Position numbers and translations under genes: made by a program
Origin: Chiloscyllium plagiosum
Taxonomy: Eukaryota
DNA: 64,000 bases
Reading direction: 5' to 3'
NCBI RefSeq assembly: GCF_004010195.1
Contig: NC_057711.1
Span: 69,257,850 to 69,321,849, forward strand
Shown here: piece after piece, positions 12,754-25,990 of the stretch
How the letters are laid out: the number at the start of each line of letters is the position of its first letter
How positions within the stretch are numbered: position 1 is the first letter of the stretch
The notes under the pieces: model-generated
What the model saw: only the letters and a program-made list of their open reading frames with translations
Databases searched by the model: none
What the model was told of the DNA's origin: nothing

Positions 12754-13483
12754 TAGGTAGCTCTTGTATAAAGTGTATTTTGGCAGCACGATTTGGCTTA
12801 AACGTCGCTGTAGAATTAGGGAATGGTATTTTCGAGAATGCTTACCTCTGTTCACAAAAGCGCAATCCCAGCAGCAATCATTTTGCATACTTCATTCTGC
12901 ACATGCACCAATGTCAGCTGCTGTCAGAGCATGTGAGAGATACAGTACTATACATTGAGCAGCTTCATCTCAAAAATTAAACTAATGAAAGCTCATTGCT
13001 GTCCCTCTGAGAAAAGAATATTCTTATATAATTCCTGTATGAGCCCTGTACAATTCCTGCAGGACTGTATTACCCTTATGCATATACTTTGCCTTTCTAA
13101 TTTGTTCTTGCATCTGCACATCACACAATCTAAACCAACCCCCAAGAAATAGTCAGAAGATGATCAACCACAGCCATCCACTTTGCAACCACAATTGAAC
13201 CTGAAGGTGGTGATGATGATGACATTCTGTCCCTGCATTAACGATATTTTTTCAACGTAATTTATTTTTGCTTCTTTAAAAAGTATGATGTAAACCTTTA
13301 TTCAGGTTGTGCTATACTTTGTGTTCGGCCTTTGGGTGATTTTTGAGCAATCGTGAGTGTTATTTTTTGCTGGTCTGCCCCAAACCCCAGTTTTCCCACT
13401 GGCCCCAGTATTTTTATTAAGCGATTTTCTATTAAGTGAGATTTCTTTGGAACACAACTACAGCGTTATAAGAGAACTACCTG
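12754..13483. mobile_element. Tigger/pogo-like non-autonomous DNA transposon
   Basis: TA|taggtagctcttgtataaag at the left end versus cgttataagagaactacctg|TA at the right end (reverse complement caggtagttctcttataacg). Confidence 0.65.
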
Positions 13484-15587
13484 TATATTTTTAGAGAAAG
13501 TCATAATTTGACTTCTGGCTAGGAATGAATATTTGTTCTCAGCACAAGTAAAAACACTACTGAATGTTCAAAAGATTATTTTGTTTAATTATACTTTTAC
13601 AATAAGGGTGAGCAATTTATTGGGTAGTTTCTGTTGAATTGTTAAAAACTAGTTAATCTTTTGTGCCACTGCTACACTTCTAGTTATTAATATTAGTCTT
13701 CAAAGTATGGCTGTGAAAACACAATTCAAAACAAAATATTTTGTATAGTAATTAAGTACATTGGGATATATTTTCCTGAGTGTTAAATCTAACATCATAG
13801 AGATCTGCCTTAAAATGTATGAAAGTAGGTAAAAATCTAAAGAGGATTCATAGTTATCCACCCAGTCAAACAAATAGTTGCTGGAAGGAACAGAAAATGA
13901 AGTATGCCAAAAGATTTGCAGTTCAGGCTTATGAAAGTACTGGTTTTTCACTAGCCGTGAAAAATTGTGCCACTTTCAGATGGGAAAGTGTAACTAACCA
14001 GGATTGCAAGCAGCTTTAGAATTATTGTGCTCAATGTGCATTAAATCCAATCAATTTGGTCCAGCAGTCAGCAAAGCCATTAGACTGTGTTTGCCATATC
14101 ACATGAGCTCTCTCTGAAGGCAGGTCCTTGACTCATTGTTTTGCCGATGCTTCCTGAGCTGTTTCCTTAATTGTTTTCATCAGCAGTGTTTTGTCATTGC
14201 CTTCAATATTTGATAGGATGAGGAGGCCCAAACTCAGGCTACCTAAGTCAAAATGGGAATCAAATTTATGTTTTTGGTACTTATCCAAACCAAATGCTAG
14301 CTATATAGCCAAGTGAGCTAACTTACATGGTATCAAGCACTATGTTAGCCAACATTCCATTAACAGTTAACTGAAAATCTGGGCAGGGATTTAGAGTCAC
14401 AAAACAGGTGAGCATGGAGGTGTGGTGGTGCTGTATTTCAAGTCACCGGATATGTACTGTTTTGTTGGCACCATCCTATTCCAACGCTATTTTCCTGGGA
14501 TTCGGATGTGATTGGCAAGCCTGCCTGTGTGTAAACGGTGGGACAGGGACTGTGCCAACAATCTAGAGTTGACCTCGCAGAGGCAAACTGCTGGGACTTT
14601 TCCAGATTCTAGAAATTGTGGAAAGGTACAATGTTTGCAGGCACTTCTTTTATTACCAACAAATGCATAGATAGCTAATCTATTCTTTTGTTATGTATTC
14701 ATGAAAGTTCTTAACACCTATTTATTTACTATTTCTTAACAGTTTACTCACATATTTTAATGTATTTATCTTTTGATGGTATGTAAAATTTTTCCAATAT
14801 TCTGGCTCACCACTAATTTTCAAGACATTTTACACCTTTCAATTTGATACTATCCTTAATTTCCTTAGTTAGGCATGGCTGATTCATCCTTTACATAGAC
14901 TCTGCCTTTGTTGAATGAGTATATCTTGTTGAAATTTATGAAATATTTCTTTAAATATGTTATTACTTAGCCTTCTTACTTTTAAACTTATTTTCCCATT
15001 CCATTTTAGCAAATGCTGCTTTCCTACCTTTGTAACAGCCTTGATTTAAGTTTAACATACCAGTTCAGATAGACATTTCACAACCTCAAAGTGAATGTGA
15101 AATTTCTCTCACGCTTTGATCACTCTCACATAGAGAAGCCTTTATTATTAGATAATTAATTAATTTTGACTGATGACACATTCCCAGCTTTAAATCAGCC
15201 ATTCCTTGGTGGATTCCACAATGTATTGTTCGAAGAAACAGTCCGAAATCCATTCTAGAAATTCATCCTTGAGACCACCAATTTGGTTTGTTTGAACACT
15301 GTAAAAACAAAATCACCCAGACTTTTTCACCATCCTTATAACCTCCAATTATTTATTATATACTGTACTGCAGTGTAGCCACTATTCGGAGGCTTATACT
15401 TGCTTCTCTCAGTGATTTTTCTCCCAGGGTTTCTTATCTCTACTTATTTCTATTTTATTTCATGATCTTCATTCTGACCACTGTACTAATCTCATCCTTT
15501 ATTAACAGAACTACCCCACATAGGTTTCCTTTCTTTCTAGACTTTATAAGTGTCAAATGCCTTTAATATTCAGATTCCAGCATTGAT

Positions 15588-15706
15588 ATGGAGATGCTGG
15601 TGTTGGACTGGGGTGTACAAAGTTAAAATTCACACAACACCAGGTTATAGTCCAACAAGTTTAATTGGAAGCTCTAGCGTTTGGAGTGCTGGTCCTTTAT
15701 CAGGTG
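15588..15706 (-). mobile_element. PLE terminus (same family as 8845-9629) with a degenerate hammerhead motif
   Basis: ggagatgctggtgttggactggggtgtacaaagttaaaa matches 8848-8887. The minus strand at 15672-15706 reads CAC CTGATAA A GGACC AGC ACTCC AAA CGCT A GAG. Confidence 0.75.
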
Positions 15707-16489
15707 GTTTCCTTTCACAATCCTGTTGTATGATGTGTGCTATTCCTTTGCATGCTCTCTTTAATTTGCTAAATTTTTTCATCACCAGAACCCTCAGCAC
15801 CGTTGTTTAGTTTAAACACCCTCTCTACAACCTCAGTTATTCATTTTCTCCAGGAAACTGATCTCGGCTCATACAAATAAACTCAGTCCCAACTGAACAA
15901 CCCCTACTTTCCCCAGTACTGATGTGAATGCCCCTACGAATTGAAATCCATTTCTGCCACACCAATCTTTCAGCCATGCATTCAACTCTATGATTTTTTT
16001 TTTGCTCTCTGTCAATTTGCTCTTGGCTCAGGAATAATCTAGAGATTATTACCTTTGTGGTTCTGCTTTATATTTTTGCCCCATAGTTCCTAGCAGACCT
16101 AGTCCTATTAGTTCTTAGTCCTATTTATTTTGTTGGTATCCACATGGACTACAATATCTGAATCCTTTCCCTTTTACTCCAAGTACCTCACAAGCGCTCA
16201 GGAGATGTCCTTAACCCTGGGCAGGGAATGTAGCCTCTTGGATGCTAAGAAAAATATTTAATTCCCTGAACTATACTCTTCCCCACTACTCCAACATGCC
16301 TTTTAATTCCCTCTCTTGGAGTCGACCCCGAACCAATCTGTGCAAACACTTAGCTGTGGGAAAAGGTTACAATTGCAATGGTTGTCCTTCTGATATCAAT
16401 GGCTTTCAGGTGGTTCTGAATATCTATGCCCCAGGTTAATTTCAGAGGCTACTTGATTATGTGTGTGCTATCTATTAATGAACTACACA

Positions 16490-17080
16490 ACGTTGCATCA
16501 AGGCAGTGACAGATGCGTCCTCAGAAGGACCAGCCAAATCATCAAGTTTAAAACTGATGTGGACACTTAAGCCAAGTACAGATCAGCCTTCAATAACCAG
16601 AGGGGATTTCAATCCCTCAAGGTATAATAGTCTATGACCATAGGTGTGTTCAATAGCATGGAAGCATTTACATTGTCCAGCACTTCCATGCACCTGCACA
16701 GTTACAAGGGTGAATTCTCATTGACGTAGGATATCCACTGGATAGACAATGGTTAGGAAGCTGAGGAGTGAGGCAGAGAAGTACTGTGACACCAGAGGGA
16801 TCATCAACTTGCTCAAGATGAGATTTAGGAGCGTGGACTACTTGAAAAGCATACTTCAACATGCTGTAGTAAGGATCTCTATGATTGTATTGCTGCACTT
16901 TGGATGACCTATCATTTTAGAGGAGAGGTACCAGCTTCCAAAAACAAAGTGAAACTTGAGGATTCCTCAGAGAAGGAGGACATTGAAGACGCCAAAGATT
17001 TACAGCATCTTGACCGATGTGAGAGACCACAGGAGAATGCCAAGATCTCTGTGCAAGGGCAACTTGGATGGGCCTTTAAT
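16490..17080 (+). pseudogene. PIF/Harbinger transposase relic
   Basis: Co-linear fragments with stops and frameshifts: CIKAVTDA, FNNQRGFQSLKV*..VYDH (like FxNRKGFHSxNVQxVCD), G*ILIDVGYPL (like GWLLGDxGYPL), LLKMRFRSVD (like LLKxRFRCL), then an acidic tail EDSSEKEDIED. Confidence 0.75.
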
Positions 17081-17099
17081 CTTGTTCATTTCTCACCTT

Positions 17100-18272
17100 T
17101 GAGAATTGTGTCCAGTTTTGGGAACCACACTAAGAACGTAAAGACATTAAGGAGGGGGCAGGAAAGATTAAACAATTGGTTTTCAGATATGAGACACTTT
17201 TAGGTAATTAGAAAAATTAGAGAAATTGGAATTTTCTTCTTAGAGAAGAAAAGATTGAGAAGAGATTTGGTAGAGGTGTTCATGATTTTTATATGTCTGG
17301 GTTGAATAGGTAAAGATATTGCAATTGGTGGAAGTTTGACAATCTAATATCATAAATTTAAGTGAATTAAAGTAAGAGAAATACTTATCACACAACAAGT
17401 CATTACAACATTCCTGAAGAAGGGCTTATGCCCGAAATGTCGATTCTCCTGTTCCTTGGATGCTGCCTGACCTGCTGCGCTTTTCCAGCAACACATTTTC
17501 AGCTCTGATCTCCAACATCTACAGACCTCACTTTCTCCAGCAAGTCATTACAGTCTGGAATAAAGTGTCTGAGTGTTGTGGAGGCAGGGTCAGTTGAGGC
17601 TTTCAAGAGAGATTGGATTACTATCTGAAAAAGAAAAAATTGCAGGGCTATGGGGTAAAGGCAGGGAGTGGCACAAGGTGAATTTCTCATTCAGAGAATC
17701 AGCACAGACATAGCAAGTTAATGGGCCTTCATCTCTATTGTAACCATCCTATTTGCTACATGTCATGCACAGAAGTTAGAATGAAATTTGGAAATGCAGC
17801 AAAGCAGTAGGGGGTGGGGGGTGTGGTGGGGGAATAGTAAAAGATTTCATAAAGACATAGGGAGACTAATGAAATGTACCAGTACATGGCAGATGAAATT
17901 TAATGCAGAGAAGTGTGAAGTGATAAATTTTGCTAGGAAGACTGAGGAACCAAATGGCACAACTTTAAAGATTATTCAAGAACAGACAGGCCACAGACTC
18001 AGGTGTACACAAACATTTTGAGGTGGATGTACAAGTCGGGAAGTTTGTTAAAAAGCAACTTCAAACCTTGAAATAACGTTTTTGTACTTCCAAATTCAGG
18101 TCATTAACAGATATTTTAAAAGTAGTGCGTCTAATATGAATCAAGAGGGTGCGATCATAAGATATTTGAGATCGATGAGTGGTGATTCGAGTGATGGTGG
18201 AGGGTTGTTTTTTGGACTGGAGACTTATGACCAGAGGTGTTCCACAGGGATTGGTGCTGGATCCATCTTTTA
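17100..18272 (+). mobile_element. CR1-type LINE fragments
   Basis: RT-like WQMKFNAEKCEVINF and VMVEGCFLDWRLMTRGVPQGLVL in the ORF track; 3' end near 17750. Confidence 0.65.
17408..17540 (+). mobile_element. Short PLE-derived element beginning with a hammerhead motif
   Basis: 12-bp TSD caagtcattaca at 17396-17407 and 17541-17552. 17410-17445 reads ATTC CTGAAGA A GGGC TTAT GCCC GAA ATGT C GATT. Confidence 0.85.
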
Positions 18273-18584
18273 TCACTCAGATGGCCTGCTATTACAAGGA
18301 CCACAACTTCCCCTCCTGTGTGATCAACAATACCCTCCAGTGCATCTCCTCCATTACCCACACCTCTGCCCTTGAACCCCATTCCTACAACTGCAACAAG
18401 GATAGAAACCCCCTCCGGTTCTCACCTTCCACCCCAATAATCTCTGGACACAGCACATTAACTGCCACCATTTCCACCACCTACAGTCAGACCCCACCAT
18501 CAGAAATATATTTCCATCCCCACCCCTATCTCCATTCCGCAGAGACCATTCCCTCCACGACTCCCTTGTGAGGTCCACACCACT

Positions 18585-18622
<38 letters not shown>

Positions 18623-19280
18623 TTCCCTCACACCTCCGTCCAAGGTGCCCAAAGCATCCTTCCACATTCTACAGAGATTTTCCTCGACATCCAAACACCT
18701 CAGCTCCTGTGTCCATTGCTCTTGATGTGGTCTCCTCTACAACTTGTGCAACTTGTGGAGCGTTTCAGGGAACATCTCTGCTACACATGCACCAAACAAC
18801 CTCACTGCCCTGTGGCCAAACACTTCAACTCCCCTTCCCACGGCACAAAGGACATGCAAGACCTGGCCTCCTTAATCACCAAATCCAAGTGACCCAATGA
18901 CTGGGGGAAGAATGCCTTATCTTCTGCCTTGGGAGCCTTCAATGACATGGCATCAACATTGACTTCCCCACTTCATCCCCGATCCAACCCTCCAACTCGG
19001 CACCACTCTCTTGACCTATCCTCTCCACCCTCCTCACCAACCTATCACAATCACCCTCCACCTGCATCTACCTATCACTTTCCCAGGTACTTTCCATCCT
19101 GCCCCACCCCTCCACTCCTATTTATCCCTCCACCCTCTTCCTCCACCACATTCCTGATGAAAGGCATATGCCCAGAACATTGACTCTCCTGCTCCTCAGA
19201 TGCTGCCTGACTTGCTGTGCTTTTCCAGTGTCACACTTTTCGACTCTGACTCTCCAGCATCTGCAGTCAACACTTTCTCC
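18273..19280 (+). mobile_element. 5'-truncated Penelope-like element: ORF C-terminus, GIY-YIG relic and terminal repeat with hammerhead motif
   Basis: QMACYYKDHNFPSCVIN...NKDRNPL, and CVHCS*CGLLY near 18708-18740. It ends with attcctgatgaaaggcatatgccc...ccagcatctgcagtcaacactttctcc, the same terminus as the short elements. Confidence 0.75.
18586..18622. repeat. Poly-C homopolymer (37 nt)
   Basis: Direct observation. Confidence 0.95.
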
Positions 19281-20004
19281 TGGTTGGACCAAAGGGTCTG
19301 TTTCCATGCTGTATGGCTCTATGACTCTATCTGGAGTGTCAAAGAGCATTTGGAGGAAGCTGGGGAAATATGGTGGCTGGGTATTGATTTGGATATTGAA
19401 GTGATGGATTTGTGTGGAGTCAATGATCACAGGATTGGTAATGATGTAGCCTGCACATGAAGAAGGTGAAGGTTGATGCACCAGTTTTTCTAGGTCACCT
19501 GGAGGAAACACTCTTAATCCTCCTGAATGAAAGAAATAGCACGTAAATGCATGAGCTAGATTGATCCAGCCCTTCATGTTTCCTTTGTGAATCCACAGAA
19601 ACCTGGTTGACTGTGTTAAAAAGAAGAAATACTAAAAATAGAAGCATACAGTCTGCATAAAATATTTCAATAACTGAACTGCCTTCTGTGAATGGATTAG
19701 TTGCCAACCTCTTGTCCTACCACAATTAAAACTGGAATTCAACTTTGTTTAGGCTCCTGTTTCAGATTTTTTGTTTTAACCTGACTCAAGTTAATTCTTT
19801 TTGGGGAATTTCAGATTTTCTCACATGGTGAGTTTCCAAAGTATCTATGATCTTGTTGGGAGATATTAAACAGAGGAAGGGAATAAGCATCAGAAAGCAA
19901 GATACCCCAGGTACCCAGCATACATCCCAAGGTTCAGGATTGCAATAACAGAGGCCTGATACGGTGTAATTGGATGAGGGGCATTTATATAATTTTTAGT
20001 TCAA

Positions 20005-21312
20005 TGAATGACAGGATTTACATGCATCTGGAAAGGGTAGAACTGATTAGGGATATTTAACATGGCTTTGTGGGTGGGAAATTGTGTCTCACTAACTTAA
20101 TTGAGTTTTTTGAAGAAGTGACAAAGAGGATTAATGAAGGCAGAACATTGTCTATATGGACCTCAGCAAGGCATTCAACAAGGTTCCACATGGTAGACCG
20201 GTTAGCAAGGTTAGATCACATGGAATACTGGGGAGCTAGACAATTTGATACAAAATTGGCTTGAAGGTAAGAGACAGAGGGTGGTAGTGGAGGGCTGCTT
20301 TTCAGACTGGAGGCTACTGACCGGCAGTGTGCTGCAAGAATCGATGCAGGGTCCACTGCTTTACATCATTGATATGAATGATTTGGATGTGAATTTAGGA
20401 GGTATGGTTAGTAAGTTTGCAGATGACACTAAGGTAGGCGATGCAGTGCAAAGTGAAAGAAGTTATCTCAGAGTACAATGGAATCTTGAACAGATGGGTC
20501 AATGTGCTGAGGAGTTTCAATTTAGATAAATGTGAGATGTGCACTTTGGTAAGGCAAATCAGGGCAAGATTCATACAATTAATGTTGGGCTTTGGGGAGT
20601 GTTGCCAAACAAAGAGACCTAGGAGTGTAGGTGAATAGTTCCATGGAAGTGGAGTTGCAGGTAGACAGGGTGGTGAAGAAGGCATTTGGCATGTTTGCCT
20701 TCTTTGGTCATTTCATTGAGTATAGGAATAGGATGTCATGTTGTGGCTGTATATAACATATATAAGGCCACTTTTAGAATATTGCATTCAATTGTGGTCT
20801 CCCTGCTATAGGAAAGATGTTATTAAACTTGAGAGAGGGTTCAGAAAAGATTTACAAGGATATTGCCAGAGGTTAGCTATAGAGGCTAAATAGGCTGGGG
20901 CTTTTTTCCCTGGAGTATCAGAGGCTGAAGGGTGACCTTAGAGAGGTATATAAAATCATGAGGGACACAGATAGGGTGAGTAGCCAAGGTCTTTTTTTCC
21001 AGGGTAGAGGAACCAAAAACTAGAAGGCTTAGGTTTAAGGTGAGAACGGAGAGATTTAAGAGGGATCGGAGGGGTAACTTTTTCATGCAGAGGGTGATCC
21101 GTGTATGGAACAAGCTGCCAGAGGAAGTGATGGAAGCAGGTACAATTACAACATTTAAAAGGCATCTGAATAGGTACTTGAATAGGAAGGGTTTAGAGGG
21201 ATAGTCCCAAATGCTGGCAAATGGGACTAGATCAATTTATTATATCTGGTTGATATGGACATGTTGGATCATAGTCTGTTTCCGTGCTGTAGAATTCTAT
21301 GACTCTATGACT
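20005..21312 (+). mobile_element. CR1/HER1-type LINE, RT region to 3' end
   Basis: CLTNLIEFFEEVT, WLEGKRQRVVVEGCFSDW and SKFADDTK; 3' tail ttctatgactctatgactatga. Confidence 0.9.
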
Positions 21313-21708
21313 ATGAATGGATATAAATTGTTTATGGGAAGAAAGTTTTTGGGAATTGCAAAACTATCCAGAAGAGGGCAATACATTCACTTAAAATAAG
21401 TCCCGCTTTGATCAAATTCTACTTTACTTATAAAGTGAGCTATGTTAATCTTAGCACCATATGTGAAAATCAAATGATTTCTGTTTATCAGTGTAAGTAA
21501 CTCATGATTTAGTTTGCAAAAGCTATGATGTAATTGTTGTATTCAATTGTTCAGTGTTTGCTTATGTGTGTCTGTGATTATTGACAGCTCACTGTGTATA
21601 GGAACATAGGAACAGAAGTAGGCCTTTAAGCCTGTTGAGGCTGCCCTGCAATTCAATACAATCATGGCTGATCGAACTTTTCAATTCCTTTTACTTACCA
21701 CATCCAAT

Positions 21709-21940
21709 ATGTAATGATTGTATCAAGGTCAGCCAGCTGGACTTTATAGAATATTACTTCCTGGATTGGGGCTGTTAACCTGGTCGAATCAGGGAGCCCT
21801 GGTTGACAGATAAAAAAAAAGAGGAGTGTGAGGGGTTCTGGCACTCTGAGAACTGACTCTGAAGAGGCAGTCAAAGATTTTTCATGTGCAAATAAATGGT
21901 GACTTGGTGACGGGATAGCAACATCTGTGGAGTTATTTCA
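21709..21940 (+). mobile_element. Gypsy LTR (5' LTR)
   Basis: tgtaatga...gagttatttca (TG...CA) with an internal aataaa, followed by PBS-like gtggcaacaag; gag/pol relics lie downstream. Confidence 0.7.
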
Positions 21941-22014
21941 GTGGCAACAAGAGCACATTCATGAAGAAACTAGCTTGCAATAGTCATCTTTGAGTTGGAC
22001 TATGCATTTTTTAC

Positions 22015-23540
22015 AGAGAGTCATACAATCATATAGCACAGAAACAGACCCTTTGGTCCAATCAGTCCTCAATCACGTCTCTGTGATGGCAGCAACATTG
22101 AAATTCCGTGTGTCAATCATGCCCTTAATTCACTTGCTCAAACTCAACCAGTCTCACCTGCCTCCACTCGGACCACATATTTCTTATTCATGTACTTATC
22201 CAAATTTCTTTTAAATATTGTAACTGTTCCCACATGCACCACTTGCTCTGGAAGTTCATTCCACAGTGAACCACTGTGATAAAGGTTTGCCCCCATTTTT
22301 AAAAAAATCTTTCTCATCTTAAAAATATGCCCCATAGTCGTGACATTCCCCACCCTCGGGAAAAGACATCTGCCATTCACCCTTTGTAAAACTCTATAAG
22401 GTCATCCCTCAAGCTCCTACTCTCCAGTCAAATAGGTCCTAGCCTATCTAGCCTTCCCTTATAAATCAAACCCTCCATGCCCAGCAACATCCTGGTAAAT
22501 CTCTTCTGATCTCTTTCCAGCTTAATAATATAGTTCCTTTAAAAGAGCAACGAGAACTGGACACAGTACTCCGGAAGAGACTTCACCAACGTCCTGTACA
22601 GCCTCAACATGACGTTCCAACTCATACACTCAAATGTCTGAGTGATGAAGGCAAGTTGTGAAACATTTTCTTAACCATCCTGTCTATACGTGACTCAAAT
22701 TTCAAAGAATTATGTACCTGAACCCTTAGGTCTCTCTGTTCTACAATATTATGCAAAGCCCTATTTTTAATAGTATAAGTCTGGCCTTATTTGGTTTTAC
22801 CAAAATGCAATACCTCATGTTTATCCAAATTGAACCCCATCTGCTGCTTCTCAGCCCATGAACCCGATTGATCAGGATCTCTTTGTAATCTTAGATAATC
22901 TCCTTTACTGTCCACTATAGCATCAATTTTGGTGTCATCTGCAAACTTACTAACCATACCTTCTACATACTCATCTAAGTCATTTGTACAAATGACAAAC
23001 AAAAGTGGACCCAGTACCAATCCCTGTGGAACATTACTGACCACAGGTCTTCAGTTCGAAAAACAATCCTCCAACAATCCTGTTTCTTGCTGTTAAGTCA
23101 TTTTTTAAATCCAATTGTCAAGCCTGTCCTGAATCCCATGTGATTTAACTTTACTAATTAGTCTACTATGCGGAACCTTGTCAAATGCTTTCCTAAAAAC
23201 TCCAAACAATTTGACTGCTCTTCCTTCATCAATGTTCATGGTTACTGCCTCAGAAATCTCAATCATGTTTGTGAGACACTATTTCCCTTACACAAAACCA
23301 TGCTGACCATCCCTAATCATTCCTTGTCTCTCCAAATGCATGTAAATGCTATCTTTTAGGATCCTTCCAACAACTTAACCACCAATCTATAGTTGCCAGG
23401 CTTCTCCTTACATCCCTTCTTAAACAAAGGCACAACATTAACCATTGTCTTGTCATCTGGCACCTCACTTGTAGTTATAGATATTTAAAATATTTCTGCA
23501 ATGGAAAACATCTGCCTGGCTGGATTCTGAATTTATCCCA
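22015..23540 (-). mobile_element. CR1/HER1-type LINE inserted in the Gypsy element
   Basis: Minus-strand [20 protein letters not shown]...SKFADDTK...EVLHFGK. Confidence 0.85.
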
Positions 23541-23599
23541 ATCTTCGGCAGCTTCAATACAATCACAGTACACACCAGATTGTTGTTTATTGAACTCTC

Positions 23600-23880
23600 A
23601 ACACATTATCATCCTCTCTCTCTCACACTCCCTCTTCTCCTCTCATTCTCTCACACAGATATAAACACATTTACACATTCTGTGCATTCCCTATACTCTT
23701 TCCCTCTCTCTATCTGGTTCTCACTCACACTTGAACCCACATTCTCTCCCACCCACCCTCCTTCACATATCCTATTCCATCCATTCCACAACTGTCTCTG
23801 CCCCTGTATTTTCTCTGTTCCTCTCATACTCTTGCTCTCTCTCACTCTCTGTTCTACACTCTCACTCTCTCCCTGCCACA
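23600..23880. repeat. Degenerate (TC)n/(CA)n low-complexity tract
   Basis: Pyrimidine-rich ctctctc and cacac runs. Confidence 0.7.
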
Positions 23881-23946
23881 GTTGGGAGTATATATTTATA
23901 TCTGTGACAAAGACCAGAACCTGTTTGACTATGGGACATCCTGCGC

Positions 23947-25990
23947 TTGTTTGGGAAGCTTGACACATTCAACCCTGCCGTCGAAGACTGTGTCCAGTAT
24001 GTAGAAAGAATGCATCATTTTTTCCAGGCAGATGAAAATCAACAAGTAATTCTCCTGACAGTCTGTGGAGCCACAGCTTTTTCGGTTATTAGGAGCATAA
24101 CTTTCCCTGAGGCAGCAGATACTAAAACCTTTCAAGAATTGACAGACACAGTTAAGGAATATTATGATCCAAAGTTTCCTCTATTCTGAGATGCTATCAT
24201 TTATACTTGGCAATTTGAGAACTAGGGAAATCTGTATCAAGATTTTTGAATAGGCTAAGATGACTGGCAGAATAACGTGACCTTGGTTTAACCCGTAATG
24301 AGATGCTTAGACACCATTTGGTATGTGAGATTAATTATGTAATTATGCAAAAGCGACTACTAGCTGAAGCCCAAGTGGACATCAAACAGGCGCCTACAAC
24401 TGGCTTTATCATTGTAAAATGTGTCATGTGGAGCATTGAGTTGCATGGTATTCTGAAGGACGTGGACACCCTCGTCTGTCCAACTGAGCTTGGGGAACAC
24501 CACTTGAGTGAAGACAATTGCATAGCTTCACTCAAGACTTATTGTGATTAGAGGGATTCGAGGTTAACCCATAGCAAAATCCCAAAATGAAGCCAAGCCT
24601 CAGCCTTCAGGATTCTGGGTGGCAAGCCATTGTTACTGCAAGCATGTGAACTCAAAACAGCTAAAGAGTCCCACTAGACCTAAGTTGAGTAAGAGAACTC
24701 ATAGGCCAGTTTTGAGGAGAGTACACATCCCGGAAAGTCCACCTACATCTGGTTTGGAACAGTTAAATTGCTTAGCAACATCCAAACCAGAACTGATCAA
24801 AATAAATACCTGGCTAAATAGTCATCTGATTCTGATGAAGGTAGATAGTGGCATGGCCATATCGGCGATCGCAGAACTAGTCTTTTACAAAATTCACTCT
24901 GCACTCCAATCCTCTAAGTTTGTGCAAGATCTCGGCGAGACTGAGAAACTATAGCTGGGAACCCTTACAGATTAAGGGTACAGTTTTGGTTCAGATCTTT
25001 TATGAAAAGCAGCTGGTCCAGTTACTAGTGATTGTAGTAAAAAGCTCGTGTCCAGGCTTGATGGAGCAAAATTGACTGTGGGAGATTTGAAAATGGTTGC
25101 CTGAATGAAGTCTAATTAAATACCTGGAAGTCTTCCAGGAAGGCCTAAGGCCTATCAAAGGAGCTAAGACTACCTTGTATGTAGCACAGGCCCTCATTCC
25201 TGATGAAGAGCTCATGCACAAAATGTCAACTCTCTTGCTCCTTGGATGCTGCCTGAATGGCTGTGCTTTTCCAGCACCACACTTTTCAACTACCTTGCAT
25301 GTTGACCAGGAAGCAATTCCACAATTCTGCAAGGCCTGCCCAATGCCACTTGCCTTACGGGCAAAAGTAGAGGCTGAAATCAGAAGGCTGGAAATTTAAG
25401 GAATCATCAAACTAGTCCAATTTACAGAATGAGCAGCACCGGTTGTACCTACTTTGAAGTCCAATGGGTCGGTTTGCTTTTGTGGGAATTTTAAACAAAT
25501 AGTAAATTGCTTTTCACAGCTGGGTTAATATCCACAAGTGCTTGTACCAATACACGAGACTGCCATTTGAGGTATTGTCAACCGTTCAACTTTTCAGCGA
25601 ACAATGAAGTATATTTTGTAATGTCTACCTCAGGTTTCCATTTATCTGGATGACATTTTAATAACAGGGAAAACAAATAAGGAACATTTAGAGAACTTGG
25701 ACATAGTTCTAAGGCATCTTTCCAAGGCAGATGTACTTAAGAAGGGGAAAATGTGTCTTCCAGGACCCCCAAGTGACCTACTTGGGCTACAGAGTCAGCA
25801 TCACCGAGATACATCTGATGAGAAGATAAAGTGAGGACCATCAAAAGGTGCCTTGCCTCCTATGTCTGTCGAGAATGTTCGGTCATTATTTGGGCTGGTA
25901 AATTATTATGGAAAGTTCATATATAACATGGCCTTCATCCTGGCACCATTGCATCAACTCCTAAAAAAGGGTCAGCCTTGAAATGGTTCC
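23947..25990 (+). pseudogene. Decayed Ty3/Gypsy gag-pol (gag, protease, RT)
   Basis: Gag FGKLDTFNPAVEDCVQYVERMHHFF...LLTVCG; protease-like MKVDSGMAIS; RT PQFCKACPMPLALRAKVEAEIRRLE and YLDDILITG (about 25642-25670). Many stops and frameshifts. Confidence 0.9.
25183..25288 (+). mobile_element. Short PLE-derived element inside Gypsy pol
   Basis: 14-bp TSD actaccttgtatgt / actaccttgcatgt (25169-25182, 25289-25302). Contains ATTC CTGATGA A GAGC TCAT GCAC AAA ATGT C AACT. Confidence 0.8.

Noticed and set aside
12841..12990. Minus-strand donor-like GAG|GTAAG at about 12846 suggesting an exon
   Set aside because: It lies inside the Tigger-like element 12754-13483, and no recognisable peptide is encoded.
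18354..18900. Poly-Pro and poly-Gly ORFs
   Set aside because: They result from the poly-C tract inside a decayed PLE; the homopolymer length may itself be unreliable.
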